From: Pseudomonadota bacterium
Lineage (GTDB): Bacteria; Desulfobacterota; Desulfobacteria; Desulfobacterales; RPRI01
DNA length: 35,868 nt
Direction: 5' to 3'
Assembly (NCBI GenBank): GCA_043825875.1
Contig: JBDRRF010000114.1
Span: 1 to 35,868, forward strand
Shown here: positions 1-10,742 of the stretch, piece after piece
How the letters are laid out: each line of letters begins with the position of its first letter
How positions within the stretch are numbered: the first letter of the stretch is position 1
Notes under the pieces: generated by a model
The model's input: only the letters and a program-made list of their open reading frames with translations
Told to the model about the DNA's origin: nothing
Database searches by the model: none
Made by a program: the position numbers and the translations under genes

Positions 1-137
1 AGTTTCAAAACGCCCCATTTTGGCCGATCTCTGCGTTGGGCTCAAATTTCAATCCTCGAAATACTAAATGTATTCCTGTGGTTGAAATTTTCTCCCGCCT
101 TGAGCTTGACCAAACTGAAACGTTTTGAAAGTGGCTC
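1..137 (+). mobile_element. MITE copy 1 (~142 bp; first 5 bp of left TIR lie outside the window)
   Basis: Near-identical to 23813-23955 and to the reverse complement of 17508-17648; ends in CGTTTTGAAAGTGGCTC followed by AATA. Confidence 0.85.
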
Positions 138-143
138 AATAGA

Positions 144-830
144 TTAACTTTCATACTCCCATTTGCCTTTAAGAGTTGGTAAAGCGAGAGCTTTTTTTAA
201 TTGTTTTAAAAAAAGGCTTCTTGGTATTTCTTTTGCCCCGAAACGTTTAAGATGTTCGGTTGCAATCTGGCAGTCGATAAAATCAAAAGCATTATCTTTA
301 AGGTATTGGGAAAGAGCAACAAATGCTACCTTGGAAGCATTGCTTTCAACAGAAAACATGGATTCACCGAAAAAACATTTTCCCAGCGAAACCCCGTAGA
401 GTCCACCCGCGAGTTTATTGTCTTTCCATGCTTCTACCGAATGGGCATAGCCTGATTTATGAAGCATGCAATATGCATCTATCATTTCAGGCACAATCCA
501 AGTACCCTCGGTTTTCCGGTTATTTGTGAAGGCACACGAATTGATAACCTGTTCAAACGCCGAATCAAAAGTTATATGAAAAATTTCTTTCTTAATGACT
601 TTATAAAGACTTTTTGAAACCCTGATTTCATCCGGATATAAAACAAGACGAGGATCGGGCGACCACCAGAGTATGGGCTCGCCTTTGGAATACCAGGGAA
701 ATATGCCAAGATTGTAAGCAAGCAGGAGGCGTTCTTTACTAAGATCGCCTCCTATAGCAAGAAGACCTTCTTCGCCGGCAAGTTGCGGCGGAGGGAAAAT
801 TATTTCTTTGTTAAGACGATAAACTGGCAT
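144..830 (-). CDS. aat: Leucyl/phenylalanyl-tRNA--protein transferase
   Basis: Motifs GLLAIGGDLS, AYxxGIFPW, ILWWSPDPR, GGLYGVSLG, FFGESMFS, SNASKVA, DCQ; lies after clpS-clpA. Confidence 0.96.
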   Translation of the reverse strand: MPVYRLNKEIIFPPPQLAGEEGLLAIGGDLSKERLLLAYNLGIFPWYSKGEPILWWSPDPRLVLYPDEIRVSKSLYKVIKKEIFHITFDSAFEQVINSCAFTNNRKTEGTWIVPEMIDAYCMLHKSGYAHSVEAWKDNKLAGGLYGVSLGKCFFGESMFSVESNASKVAFVALSQYLKDNAFDFIDCQIATEHLKRFGAKEIPRSLFLKQLKKALALPTLKGKWEYES

Positions 831-872
831 TGATATTCTTAAAAAGCAAAACTTGAATTTTTCTGCAATTTA

Positions 873-3114
873 TTAAGATGCAAAAGAAAAAGCAGGTTTT
901 TCATTTTCAATATCAAGAACCACGCTTCCACCTTTTTTGAGTTTTCCAAACAAAATTTCATCCGAAAGAACATCTTTAATTTCAAGCTGAAGAACTCTTC
1001 CAAGAGGTCTTGCTCCATATCTTGGGTCATAGCCTTTTTGTGCCAGCCAGGTTTTTATACTGTTTGAATATGATAGAGAAACTTTTTTTACAGTAAGTTG
1101 TTCTTTAAGCTCATCCATGAATTTATCAACAACCATCTCCATGATATCAAGAGATAATGGTTTGAAATTAATTATATCATCAAGCCGGTTTCTAAATTCC
1201 GGGTTGAAAAGGTTTTCAATTGCTTTTTTACCTTTACTTTCCGGATCATATTTTACTTCTGCAAAGCCGATTGTCTGGGCGCTCATTTCACGGGCTCCGG
1301 CATTTGATGTCATAATAATTATGACATTTCTGAAATCCGCTTTTTTCCCGTTGTTGTCGGTAAGTGTGGCATGATCAAGAACCTGCAGGAGAATATTATA
1401 AATATCTTGGTGTGCTTTTTCTATCTCATCGAACAGCAACACACAATGGGGATGTTTGCGTATTCCATCAGTTAAAAGCCCAGCTTGATCAAAGCCGATA
1501 TAACCGGGCGGAGCTCCTATAAGACGGGCTACAGCATGTTTTTCCATGTATTCGCTCATGTCAAAACGCATGAATTCTATTCCCATGATGCGTGAAATCT
1601 GCCTTGCGACTTCTGTTTTGCCTACACCTGTGGGGCCTGTAAAAAGAAATGACCCAATAGGATGATGAAGAATTCCAAGCCCTGCTCTTGATCGTTTTAT
1701 TGAAGTTACGAGAGATTTTATAGCGTCATCCTGTCCGAACACAACGCTTTTTAAATTGTTTTCAAGATTTTCAAGCTTTACGCGGTCAGAAGAAGATACG
1801 CTTTTTTCCGGAATTCTTGCCATTTTTGCTACAATTTTTTCAATATCGGATGGCTGTATTTTTTTTCTGCGAACAGAGTCTGAAAATCTTACAAAAGCTC
1901 CGGCTTCGTCTATTACATCGATTGCCTTATCAGGCAGATATCTGTCGTTTACATACTTTGCAGAAAGTTCGGCGGCAGCTTTCAGTGAGGCATCAGTATA
2001 TTCGATGCCATGATGCGCTTCATAGTGGCATTTCAAGCCTTTTAATATCCGTACAGTTTCAGGAACCGTAGGTTCGGGAAGTTCAATTGTTTCAAAACGA
2101 CGGGATAAAGCTCTGTCTTTTATGAAATAGTTTTTATACTCCTCGTAAGTAGTAGAGCCGATACATCGCAAGTCACCCGACACAAGAGCCGGTTTTAATA
2201 TATTGGATGCATCCATTGAACCGCTGCTTGTAGCACCTGCCCCGACAATCGTATGAATTTCATCTATAAACAATACGGAATCCTTTCTTTCCCGAAGTTC
2301 CGAAATGATTCCTTTCATCCGTTGCTCAAAATCTCCCCTAAATTTTGTTCCGGCAAGAACAGAACCCATATCAAGAGAATAAATATGAATATTTTTAAGC
2401 AAGTCCGGGACATCTCCTGCTATTATTTTCTGAGCAAGCCCTTCTGCCAGAGCTGTTTTACCAACTCCGGGATCTCCAACGAAAATCGGATTGTTTTTTC
2501 TTCTTCTGCAAAGAACCTGTAAGGTGCGTTCTAATTCAAGATTGCGGCCGATTAAAGGATCGAGTTTTCCTTCAGTTGCCATTTTGATAAGATCAATAGT
2601 AAACGATTCTAAGAAATCCGCTTTTTTTTTTCTTATCTGCTTTATCGGTTTTAACAAATCCGCCTTCACCTTGCTTTGGGGAAGATTTTAAAATATTATG
2701 CGAAATATAGTTTAGGACATCAAGTCGTGTAATCCCTTCAAGGGTTAAAAAATATTCTGCATAGGAATCTTTTTCGTCAAAAATAGATACCATGATATCG
2801 CCTATTTCAACTTCCTGTTTTTCTGCGGAACGGGCATGGTTGAAGGCTCTTTGTATTACCCTTTGGAAACCGGTTGTTTGTTGCAGCACATATTTTACTC
2901 CCTCAGGGGCGGTTTCAACCCGCATCTTAAAGTAATTTTCTAGGGAATTATAAAGATTTTTTACATTGCCGCCACAATTTTCAATTATTTCAATCCCTGT
3001 AGTATCGTGCAAAATTGCAAACAAAAGATGCTCTGTACCTGCAAATTCATGGCGTCTTTTTTTTGCTTCTTTTACAGCAAGTCCAAGTGTTGCGCTTAGT
3101 TCCCTGCTAATCAT
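873..3114 (-). pseudogene. clpA: ATP-dependent Clp protease ATP-binding subunit ClpA, frameshifted at an A10 run (2622-2631); real slippage allele or homopolymer sequencing error
   Basis: ORF 2593-3114 encodes the Clp N-domain (AVKEAKKRRHEFAGTEHLL). ORF 873-2669 encodes both AAA+ modules (GDPGVGKT/LFIDEIH; GPTGVGKT/LLFDEIEKAH, IGF loop, GARPL). Removing one A gives one 746-aa ORF reading ...DKKKKADFLESF... Confidence 0.92.
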
Positions 3115-3118
3115 TATA

Positions 3119-3436
3119 TTATCCCTTCTCTATAGAACATTTAAGTGGAAACCCTCTTTCGCGTGCATGAGAATGCACTAAATTCATTTTCGTTTCCGCC
3201 ACCTCATAGGCATATAAACCACATATTCCAATACCTTTGTTGTGAACATTCAACATAATCTGTATCGCTTCTTCCATAGATTTATGAAATATGTTTATGA
3301 GTATTTCAACGACAAAATCCATGGTAGTATAATCGTCATTGTGAAGCAATATTTTGTACATGGAAGGCTCTTTAATCTCCTCCCTTGTTTCAGATATAAT
3401 GTTTTCTTCGATTTCCGGACTTATATTGGTTCCCAT
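3119..3436 (-). CDS. clpS: ATP-dependent Clp protease adaptor ClpS
   Basis: PSMYKILLHNDDYTTMDFVV, IMLNVHNKG, YEVAETK, FPLKC; directly upstream of clpA. Confidence 0.97.
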   Translation of the reverse strand: MGTNISPEIEENIISETREEIKEPSMYKILLHNDDYTTMDFVVEILINIFHKSMEEAIQIMLNVHNKGIGICGLYAYEVAETKMNLVHSHARERGFPLKCSIEKG

Positions 3437-3793
3437 AGCTTTAATATATTAAATTGATTGTAATAATTGCTAAGTTCAACGTTAATTTCCTATATATGAA
3501 TCAAAATAATGGGCTTTTTACAATCCAAGATATCTTATAATAGATATCGTTTATATTTAATTTTTCTTTAATATAAAATAACGACAATAAGACAAAAAGT
3601 CAAATAATGGTGATAAATTCGATAACTGTTATTCTTGTTCACATAAGAATAATTAATGTATATAAAATTCAATATTTTGACAGTGAGATGCAATATTTCA
3701 CATGTAAATTGATAGGATAAAACACAAATCAATCAGAGTGATTTTTGCAATGGGATAAAGTTTTATTTTGATTCAATAAAGGTATAAATTCTG

Positions 3794-4201
3794 CTAAATT
3801 CCTTCGAATTTTTTTATTTTATCTATAAATTCCTGCGGCAAGGTGACAACTTTCTTGTTATTGAATTCAAAACACATGTTATAAGTAAAACCCAAAGCAC
3901 AAACTTTATCTTTCTTTGTAATCCGGTAATCCATTATAAACATTTTTGATTTAAGTTCACTGACTTTACATTCTATAATAATATCATCTCCGAAAAACAA
4001 TTCCTGTTTGTACTTGCAATTTGACTCAGATATGATCATTCCATAACCATTTATATCAGATTCTGAAAAACCAAACTGATTTAGATAAGCGATTCTTGCT
4101 TGTTGAAAATAAATAAAATGCATCTGATAACCAACATGATTCCCATAATTAAGATCGTCGATGCGGACTTTAAGAGGAATTGAAAATTTGAAATCTGTCA
4201 T
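3794..4201 (-). CDS. Acyl-CoA thioesterase, hotdog fold (4HBT/YbgC-like)
   Basis: 135 aa; VRIDDLNYGNHV..YFQQARIAYL..CKYKQELFFGD pattern. Confidence 0.85.
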   Translation of the reverse strand: MTDFKFSIPLKVRIDDLNYGNHVGYQMHFIYFQQARIAYLNQFGFSESDINGYGMIISESNCKYKQELFFGDDIIIECKVSELKSKMFIMDYRITKKDKVCALGFTYNMCFEFNNKKVVTLPQEFIDKIKKFEGI

Positions 4202-4213
4202 AGTTATTACCTT

Positions 4214-7200
4214 TTATTTATCCAGTTCTTCCTTAACTGCACGGCCGATTTCATTTGCCGTATAAGGCTTTTTCACATATTTACCGGCTCCTAATTTTTG
4301 CACTTCTCTTATAACAACAGTATCTGTATAGCCGCTTACAATAATAGCTTTTTGCCTGGGATGGATTTTAAGGATCCGTTTATATGTTTCCAGCCCGTCT
4401 ATATTTGGTTCCATAATCATATCCAATATTACCAGATCAACTTTATTATATTCAAGGTAAGCTACGGCACCCTCGCCGCTTGAAACGGAACTGGCGTCAT
4501 ATCCAAGTTTTGTCAGTATATCAACTGCTATTTCTCTTTGTATTTTAACATCATCTATGACCAGAATTGATTCATTATTACCTCTATACTCGCAAATATC
4601 ATAATCCATTTTTCTGTTTTCAATTACTTCACGGGTAGCCGGCAAATATATTTCAAAAATAGTACCTTTTCCGATTGTACTTTTTACTTCAATATATCCT
4701 TTGTGATCTTTTATAGTTCCCCAGACAACCGCCATACCAAGGCCTGACCCGCTTCTGCCCATTTTTTTCTTAGTATAAAAAGGCTCAAAAATTCTTTCAA
4801 GATCTTCAGATGAAATACCTATACCTGAATCCATTACTTTTAACACAACATAATCACCTTCCATTACCTCGTCATAACCTTTTAATGGTTTGTCAACATA
4901 CTGGTTGTGTGTTGATATTATAATCTCACCTCCGTTTGGCATGGCTTCGGCTGCATTATAAACCAGGTTCATAATCATTTTGGATAAATGTATCGGGGAA
5001 CCCATACAGTTCATAAGATCTTCAGGTAATTTCGTTTTAAGGGTGGTCATATTGTTTTGATACAAAAGCTCATTTTCCGGGGATGCGAGATAAGCGTTAA
5101 GGATATCGTTTATATTTGTTAGTTCCATTACAGCAACCCCGCGTCGTGCTAACGTAAGTAAATCCTGTACAATAGCAGCAGCCCTAAGACCTGATTCCTG
5201 AATTGCCAGAATCGATGACCTCAAAGGATTATCATAAGGCATATCCATCAATATCAGTTCAGGATATCCTACAATTCCACCCAAAATATTATTTATATCA
5301 TGGGCAACACCTCCTGCAAGCGTACCAAGAGCCTCCATTTTCTCAGAGCGTTTTAAGCGTTCCATTAGGTCCTGCTTTTCTTCAGACGCCTTTTCCTGTT
5401 CGGTAATATCGATCGCCATTTCGTAGCGAACCATGCGACCATCAGGCCATTGGATGGCTTTATCTATGCATCTGAACCATCTATCCGCTACTTTATTTTT
5501 GAATTTCCAGATATAAGGCTGTCCAACATTTTCGCCGAAAATAATTTCATTGGTGCAAAACGAACAAGGAGAATCCAAATTTTGTAAAACCTTATAGCAT
5601 TTTTTACCGACAGGATCCGGCCAATATTTTTTGAAAGCTTCATTAGCATATAGTAATTCATATGTATTGGGGTCGCTTACATATATTGGTTCATCAATAC
5701 TGTCGAATACGGACACTAACTGCCTGCGTTCGGAATCCAGCTTTATTTCAACCTGTTCTCGTTTAATAATATCTTCTCTAAGCTTTTTATTTGCTTCGGT
5801 AAGTTCATTGGTCCGGTCTTTAACTATATTTTCCAGATGATTCCGGTGCTGTCTGAGTTGATCTTTGGCTTGTGTTGCAGCTGTTTTAGCCTGGTTTGCA
5901 TTTTTAACTTCTTTTTCCAGGTTTTGATGAAGTGTTTTCAGATCATTGGACATAGATTCAAATTTGTACGATAATTCATCAATCTCACTCACATTGCTTG
6001 TTTTGATAGTAGTATCGTAAATACCTGTGCCAAGGCGTTGAATTGCATTTGATAAGCCACCTGTAGTTTTTGCTATTCTTTCGGACATGCGCTGTGTATT
6101 TTTAAACAGATATAAAAAGAACGCAACGTAAAAAAGCACCATGAAACCGGCTGCGGCATAACCAACATATTTTGATTGACGTTCCAATGTTGAAACCGGG
6201 CTTAATATTGTTTTTTTATCTGCAATTACTATTAGTTTCCAACCGGTTTCGGAAACAGTGTGTTGACAGAGTAAATAACTATTACCATTTAAGGTAATCT
6301 CTGTAGAACCTTTTTTTTGCTGTATTAATTTTGAAATTAGGCCAGCCGCATGCGGGAGTACTGAGTTTAACAAATTAAATGCTTGAGGCTTATGTGTGTC
6401 TTGTTGGACTTTACCTTTGTAATTATGTTGTTGAAGTTCGGCCAGTCCGAATATTTTTTCCAAATCCGGCGGCATAGCCATAATTGTCCCCTTGGAATCT
6501 ACCAGAAATGCATGTGTCCCCCATGGCAGTTTTAGTTTTATCAGGTTTTCGATAAAATTTGTTATTGTAATATCTATACCTGCAACTCCTTCCAAGAAAT
6601 CAGCACGATATATCGGAACAATACAGGACATCATCCATCCCTTGCCCATAGGATCAAGATATGCTTCCGTCCAGACATTGCTGCGTCCAGGATTGTGTTC
6701 TTCATCGGCCAGATAGTAAAAATTAAAATCAGGGATGTTCATTTTCGGAGGAAGCTGGTTAAACACATCTTTGAAAAACGGGTAATACCTGCTCATGGAA
6801 TCGAAAGTATTAAGATATACAGCCACAATATTTCTGTTTGCCTGATAAATCCCTTTTAGCAATGGATCAAGTGATTCACTTTGTAATGCCTTTTTTCTTT
6901 CTTTGGATTCGATGGGACGTAGTGCAGAATAGTAGAGGCTGCAGCCCCCATTGTCTTCCCGTTTATAATATACACCGTTTGAAGCAAATCTGAATTCAGG
7001 ATTTTTTTTTGGCAAGGGAAATTGGTCGGGATGATTATAAAACCGTATTATTTCCGATTGTAATATCAGTGATAAATCGGAAACAGCATGAAGCTGTTCA
7101 CTGGTAAGCCGGGTTTGACTTTCCGTAATTTCCATAAGATGTGAAAGTCTATCGTTGCTAAGAGTATTTACCGATTTATCTATCAGATAAGAGTTCATGA

Positions 7201-7309
7201 AAAAATATAAAGCGAGCAGAGTAATTTCAATAATCAGAAGCGGCAAAAGAGCCGCTTTGAAAAATTCGCGGGATATAAAATTTCTAAGAGATATTTTTTT
7301 ATCGGCCAT
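4214..7309 (-). CDS. Membrane hybrid sensor histidine kinase (TM-dCache-TM-HAMP-PAS-HisKA-HATPase-REC)
   Basis: Two TM helices flanking a Cache-like region (VWTEAYLD..GWMMS..GVAGID); H-box GGVAHDINN; N/G boxes NAAEAM, DSGIG, FYTKK, GSGLG; C-terminal receiver (LVIDD, LVILDMIM, KPY). Confidence 0.92.
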   Translation of the reverse strand: MADKKISLRNFISREFFKAALLPLLIIEITLLALYFFMNSYLIDKSVNTLSNDRLSHLMEITESQTRLTSEQLHAVSDLSLILQSEIIRFYNHPDQFPLPKKNPEFRFASNGVYYKREDNGGCSLYYSALRPIESKERKKALQSESLDPLLKGIYQANRNIVAVYLNTFDSMSRYYPFFKDVFNQLPPKMNIPDFNFYYLADEEHNPGRSNVWTEAYLDPMGKGWMMSCIVPIYRADFLEGVAGIDITITNFIENLIKLKLPWGTHAFLVDSKGTIMAMPPDLEKIFGLAELQQHNYKGKVQQDTHKPQAFNLLNSVLPHAAGLISKLIQQKKGSTEITLNGNSYLLCQHTVSETGWKLIVIADKKTILSPVSTLERQSKYVGYAAAGFMVLFYVAFFLYLFKNTQRMSERIAKTTGGLSNAIQRLGTGIYDTTIKTSNVSEIDELSYKFESMSNDLKTLHQNLEKEVKNANQAKTAATQAKDQLRQHRNHLENIVKDRTNELTEANKKLREDIIKREQVEIKLDSERRQLVSVFDSIDEPIYVSDPNTYELLYANEAFKKYWPDPVGKKCYKVLQNLDSPCSFCTNEIIFGENVGQPYIWKFKNKVADRWFRCIDKAIQWPDGRMVRYEMAIDITEQEKASEEKQDLMERLKRSEKMEALGTLAGGVAHDINNILGGIVGYPELILMDMPYDNPLRSSILAIQESGLRAAAIVQDLLTLARRGVAVMELTNINDILNAYLASPENELLYQNNMTTLKTKLPEDLMNCMGSPIHLSKMIMNLVYNAAEAMPNGGEIIISTHNQYVDKPLKGYDEVMEGDYVVLKVMDSGIGISSEDLERIFEPFYTKKKMGRSGSGLGMAVVWGTIKDHKGYIEVKSTIGKGTIFEIYLPATREVIENRKMDYDICEYRGNNESILVIDDVKIQREIAVDILTKLGYDASSVSSGEGAVAYLEYNKVDLVILDMIMEPNIDGLETYKRILKIHPRQKAIIVSGYTDTVVIREVQKLGAGKYVKKPYTANEIGRAVKEELDK

Positions 7310-7562
7310 GATATTATATGAGATAAATAAACCAGCATTTGTGATGAGATTCTAATTGGAGGAATGTTTATTATAGATAAGTTTTTATTGCAAGAATATA
7401 TTAGGGTATGAAATATGTAAGTACATATAATTCTGTGTGTTATAAATTTAGAGTCTATCAGGTATTAAACTACAAAAGTTGATTTTACAAAACTAAGACT
7501 TATTATTCATTAACAATGTGGGCTTTTTGGCAACAATCACTTAAATGATTTAAACATATATA

Positions 7563-9194
7563 ATGAAAAAACTTTTTGGTAACACCTCAGGCCTTAAGGC
7601 TGATCAAATAAGAAGGATTGAAAAACTTTATCGCCGTCGCATACCCCCCGAATTTCTTATTACCCCGGAAGTTGCGCGTGAGCTTTGCCTTGTTTCAGCA
7701 GAAATCAGCCGTCAGACAGGACTTTTAATTGACCGCCGGGGCAGAATAGACTTTGTCATTGTTGGGGATAACAGGCGTATTATAATACCTGATTTAAGCG
7801 ATTACAGAACTGCTTCACAAAGATTAATCGGGTTAAGATGCGTACACGTTCATATGAAAAGCGAGGCATTATCAAGCGATGATCTTACCGACCTTACTCT
7901 TTTAAGGCTTGATATGATTGCTGCCCTTACATTGACAAAAGAGGGCGAGCCTTATGAAATATATATCGGGCATGTTCAGCCGGAAAAAAATGGTTTTAAT
8001 TATAATATACTTAAGCCTTTAAAGCCAAATCAACTCGATATAGGCTGTATCGAATTAATCCATGAGATAGAAACCGACCTTGGCCAATCGAAACGTTTGG
8101 CACACATTGCAGGGATAACTTCCGAAAGAGCAATTCTTGTGAGTGTTTCAACAGAGTCTAAAGATAAAGCAGAAGAATCAATGGATGAATTAAAAGAACT
8201 TGCTTTATCCGGTGGTATTAAAGTTCTTGATACTATTATTCAGCAGAGAAGTAAAGCTGACCCGAGATTTTTAATGGGACATGGAAAGCTTGAAGAACTA
8301 TCTCTCCTTGCTCTTCAAAAAGATGCTTCCATTTTAATCTTTGATCAGGAACTTAATCCTTCTCAAATAAGATCTATAACTAATCATACGGATTATAAAA
8401 TAATAGACAGAACCCAATTGATCCTTGATATATTTGCACAAAGAGCCATAACAAAAGAAGGCAAACTTCAGGTTGAGCTTGCCCAGCTAAAATATATGCT
8501 ACCGCGCCTTGTTACTAAAAATACTGCTATGTCCCGCTTGACCGGCGGTATTGGGGGAAGAGGCCCCGGAGAAACTAAACTTGAGTTAAATCGCAGGCTG
8601 GTTCGCAAGCGTATAGGCCAGGTTGAAAAAGATCTTGAGCTGGTGATAAGGCATCGCCAGCAGCAAAGAGCAAGACGAAGCAAGAGAAATCTTCCTGTTA
8701 TTTCAATTATAGGATATACGAATGCCGGTAAGTCTACACTGTTAAATACCCTTACAAAAAGCAGTGTTCTTGCTGAAAAAAGACTTTTTGCAACTCTTGA
8801 TCCTTCAAGCAGGCGTCTGAAATTTCCCCAAGATACGGAAGTGATAATAACCGATACCGTAGGTTTTATAAAAAATATTCCGAAAGACTTGCTTGTTGCT
8901 TTCCGGGCTACTCTTGAAGAATTAAACAGCGCGGATCTTCTACTTCATGTAATAGATATAAGCAACCCTCGTTTCGAGGACCAGATAGAGTCTGTTGAAA
9001 AAATACTGTCTGATCTGAACTTAAACAATATTCCTTCAATTAGAATATTTAATAAACAGGATCTTGTCGACAAAGATATAAAAGAAAGACTTTGTCATGT
9101 ATTTGACGCAATTGCTGTTTCAGCAAACAGGGAATCAACCCTTTTTGAACTTATAAAAAAAATGGAACAGTCGGTACAATCCGTTTACATATAA
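7563..9194 (+). CDS. hflX: GTPase HflX, long N-terminal form
   Basis: IDRTQLILDIFAQRA, EGKLQVELAQL, GGIGGRGPGE, G1 GYTNAGKST, LFATLD, DTVGFI, NKQD. Confidence 0.97.
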   Translation: MKKLFGNTSGLKADQIRRIEKLYRRRIPPEFLITPEVARELCLVSAEISRQTGLLIDRRGRIDFVIVGDNRRIIIPDLSDYRTASQRLIGLRCVHVHMKSEALSSDDLTDLTLLRLDMIAALTLTKEGEPYEIYIGHVQPEKNGFNYNILKPLKPNQLDIGCIELIHEIETDLGQSKRLAHIAGITSERAILVSVSTESKDKAEESMDELKELALSGGIKVLDTIIQQRSKADPRFLMGHGKLEELSLLALQKDASILIFDQELNPSQIRSITNHTDYKIIDRTQLILDIFAQRAITKEGKLQVELAQLKYMLPRLVTKNTAMSRLTGGIGGRGPGETKLELNRRLVRKRIGQVEKDLELVIRHRQQQRARRSKRNLPVISIIGYTNAGKSTLLNTLTKSSVLAEKRLFATLDPSSRRLKFPQDTEVIITDTVGFIKNIPKDLLVAFRATLEELNSADLLLHVIDISNPRFEDQIESVEKILSDLNLNNIPSIRIFNKQDLVDKDIKERLCHVFDAIAVSANRESTLFELIKKMEQSVQSVYI

Positions 9195-9333
9195 AAAGAA
9201 ATATGTTGTGGCACCTGATAATATTATTCAATATTTAAGTATGTTATAAGATGTTTAAATCTATATATAATTGCTGTGGATATATCAAAATGGGTTGACA
9301 TAAGTTAACAAACAAATGTAAAAGATCATACAT

Positions 9334-10116
9334 ATGAATATTAGCCAGATAAAAAGAACCGGTATTGCAGCTGCATATAAAGGTGGCGCGATACTGAAAG
9401 CAAATTTTGGTAAAACCCCTAAAATTACAAAGAAAGGTGCTATAGATCTTGTTACGGAATCGGATATAGAATCCGAGAAAGTAATCATAGAAACCATCAA
9501 AAATAAATTTCCATCACATGCTGTTTTGGCGGAAGAAAGCGGACTTGAAAAAGGGGATGAAGAAGGCTTGTGGATTATTGATCCTCTTGATGGAACTACA
9601 AATTTTGCTCATCATCTTCCAATTTTTGCCGTTTCAATAGCCTTTGCCTTAAAAGGTGATATTGTTGCAGGAATAGTTTTTAACCCTGTAACAGGCGAGC
9701 TTTATACAGCAGCAAAAGGCGAAGGAGCATTTTTAAACGGTATCCCAATCCATGTCTCAACTACTGAAAAGCTTTCAGACAGTTTGCTTGTGACAGGATT
9801 CCCTTATAATTTCAAGGAGATGATCGGTGATATAAAAACCCGTTTTTTTAATTGTCTCATGGCAACCCAGGGGGTCAGAAGACTTGGATCGGCAGCTCTG
9901 GACTTATGTTATACTGCAGCAGGACGGTTTGAGGGATTCTTTGAGCAAGAACTAAAACCTTGGGATACGGCAGCTGGCTTAATTATTGCAAAAGAAGCAG
10001 GAGGGTCGGTTACCGATTTTTCAGGAAATTCGTTTGATATATATCAACCGGAAATTCTGGCAACAAATGGCAAAATACACGATGAAATATTAAAGTTGCT
10101 TGAATTAAAAGGATAA
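9334..10116 (+). CDS. suhB: Inositol monophosphatase family protein
   Basis: DLVTESD, LAEE, WIIDPLDGTTNFAH, RRLGSAALDLC, WDTAAG. Confidence 0.93.
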   Translation: MNISQIKRTGIAAAYKGGAILKANFGKTPKITKKGAIDLVTESDIESEKVIIETIKNKFPSHAVLAEESGLEKGDEEGLWIIDPLDGTTNFAHHLPIFAVSIAFALKGDIVAGIVFNPVTGELYTAAKGEGAFLNGIPIHVSTTEKLSDSLLVTGFPYNFKEMIGDIKTRFFNCLMATQGVRRLGSAALDLCYTAAGRFEGFFEQELKPWDTAAGLIIAKEAGGSVTDFSGNSFDIYQPEILATNGKIHDEILKLLELKG

Positions 10117-10119
10117 AAT

Positions 10120-10320
10120 ATGAAAGAAGTTTGTAAAGAAAAAAAAATATTGGACACCCATATAGGATGCTTTGGTAATTTTTCAATCGATGACACTGTA
10201 TGCAAAAAGTTTTGCGCTCTTAGCTTAAAATGCTATGTTGAACGTAACCAGAATGTGCGTATAGAGATTATTGAAGAACTTGTTTTTGGAGATAATAACT
10301 ATACAGGTAAGATGCAATAG
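10120..10320 (+). CDS. Small Cys-rich hypothetical protein (66 aa)
   Basis: ATG 3 nt after suhB stop, AAGGA upstream; C-x10-C-x3-C-x5-C (GCFGNFSIDDTVCKKFCALSLKC). Confidence 0.7.
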   Translation: MKEVCKEKKILDTHIGCFGNFSIDDTVCKKFCALSLKCYVERNQNVRIEIIEELVFGDNNYTGKMQ

Positions 10321-10396
10321 TTCAGTTACATAAATTCAGTTATGCCAAATCTTTTAACTAGATTGCTAAAATATCAGCTGTATTGGTTTCTGAAAT

Positions 10397-10722
10397 TTAT
10401 ATAAAAAGATCTGTTGTTATATAGCGCTCACTTATGCCGGGAAGTATTGCAACAATGCGCTTACCGTTATTCTTTTTTGCATATTGAAGTGCAGCACATA
10501 CAGAGGCTCCCGAAGATATTTTGCAAAGAATCCCTTCCATTTTTGCAAGCTTTCTTGCAGTTTCAAAAGCATTGTAATTTGAAACAGTAACAATCTCATC
10601 AATTATTGATCTATCAATCCTTCCGATTCTGTAGCATTAATCATTGACGCAGCTATACGGTCTTTTACACTGCCAAGCTGATTGAAAAACTCAAGCTTGG
10701 CATATATCTATGCATCAAGCCC
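10397..10722 (-). pseudogene. cysK: Cysteine synthase A remnant with large internal deletion and premature stop
   Basis: Manual minus-strand translation: [36 protein letters not shown] (N-terminal part with PLP lysine SVKDR, 10657-10671). This joins out of frame at ~10615 to [72 protein letters not shown] (CysK C-terminus). Confidence 0.9.
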
Positions 10723-10742
10723 CCCTTTTCCCTACATTCGGG

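Noticed and set aside
873..2669. Independent 598-aa gene starting at GTG 2669
   Set aside because: No properly spaced RBS; better explained as the downstream part of frameshifted clpA.
3629..3652. TTATTCTT-N8-AAGAATAA inverted repeat upstream of clpS as a heat-shock operator
   Set aside because: Does not match CIRCE, and such a repeat is plausible by chance in very AT-rich DNA.
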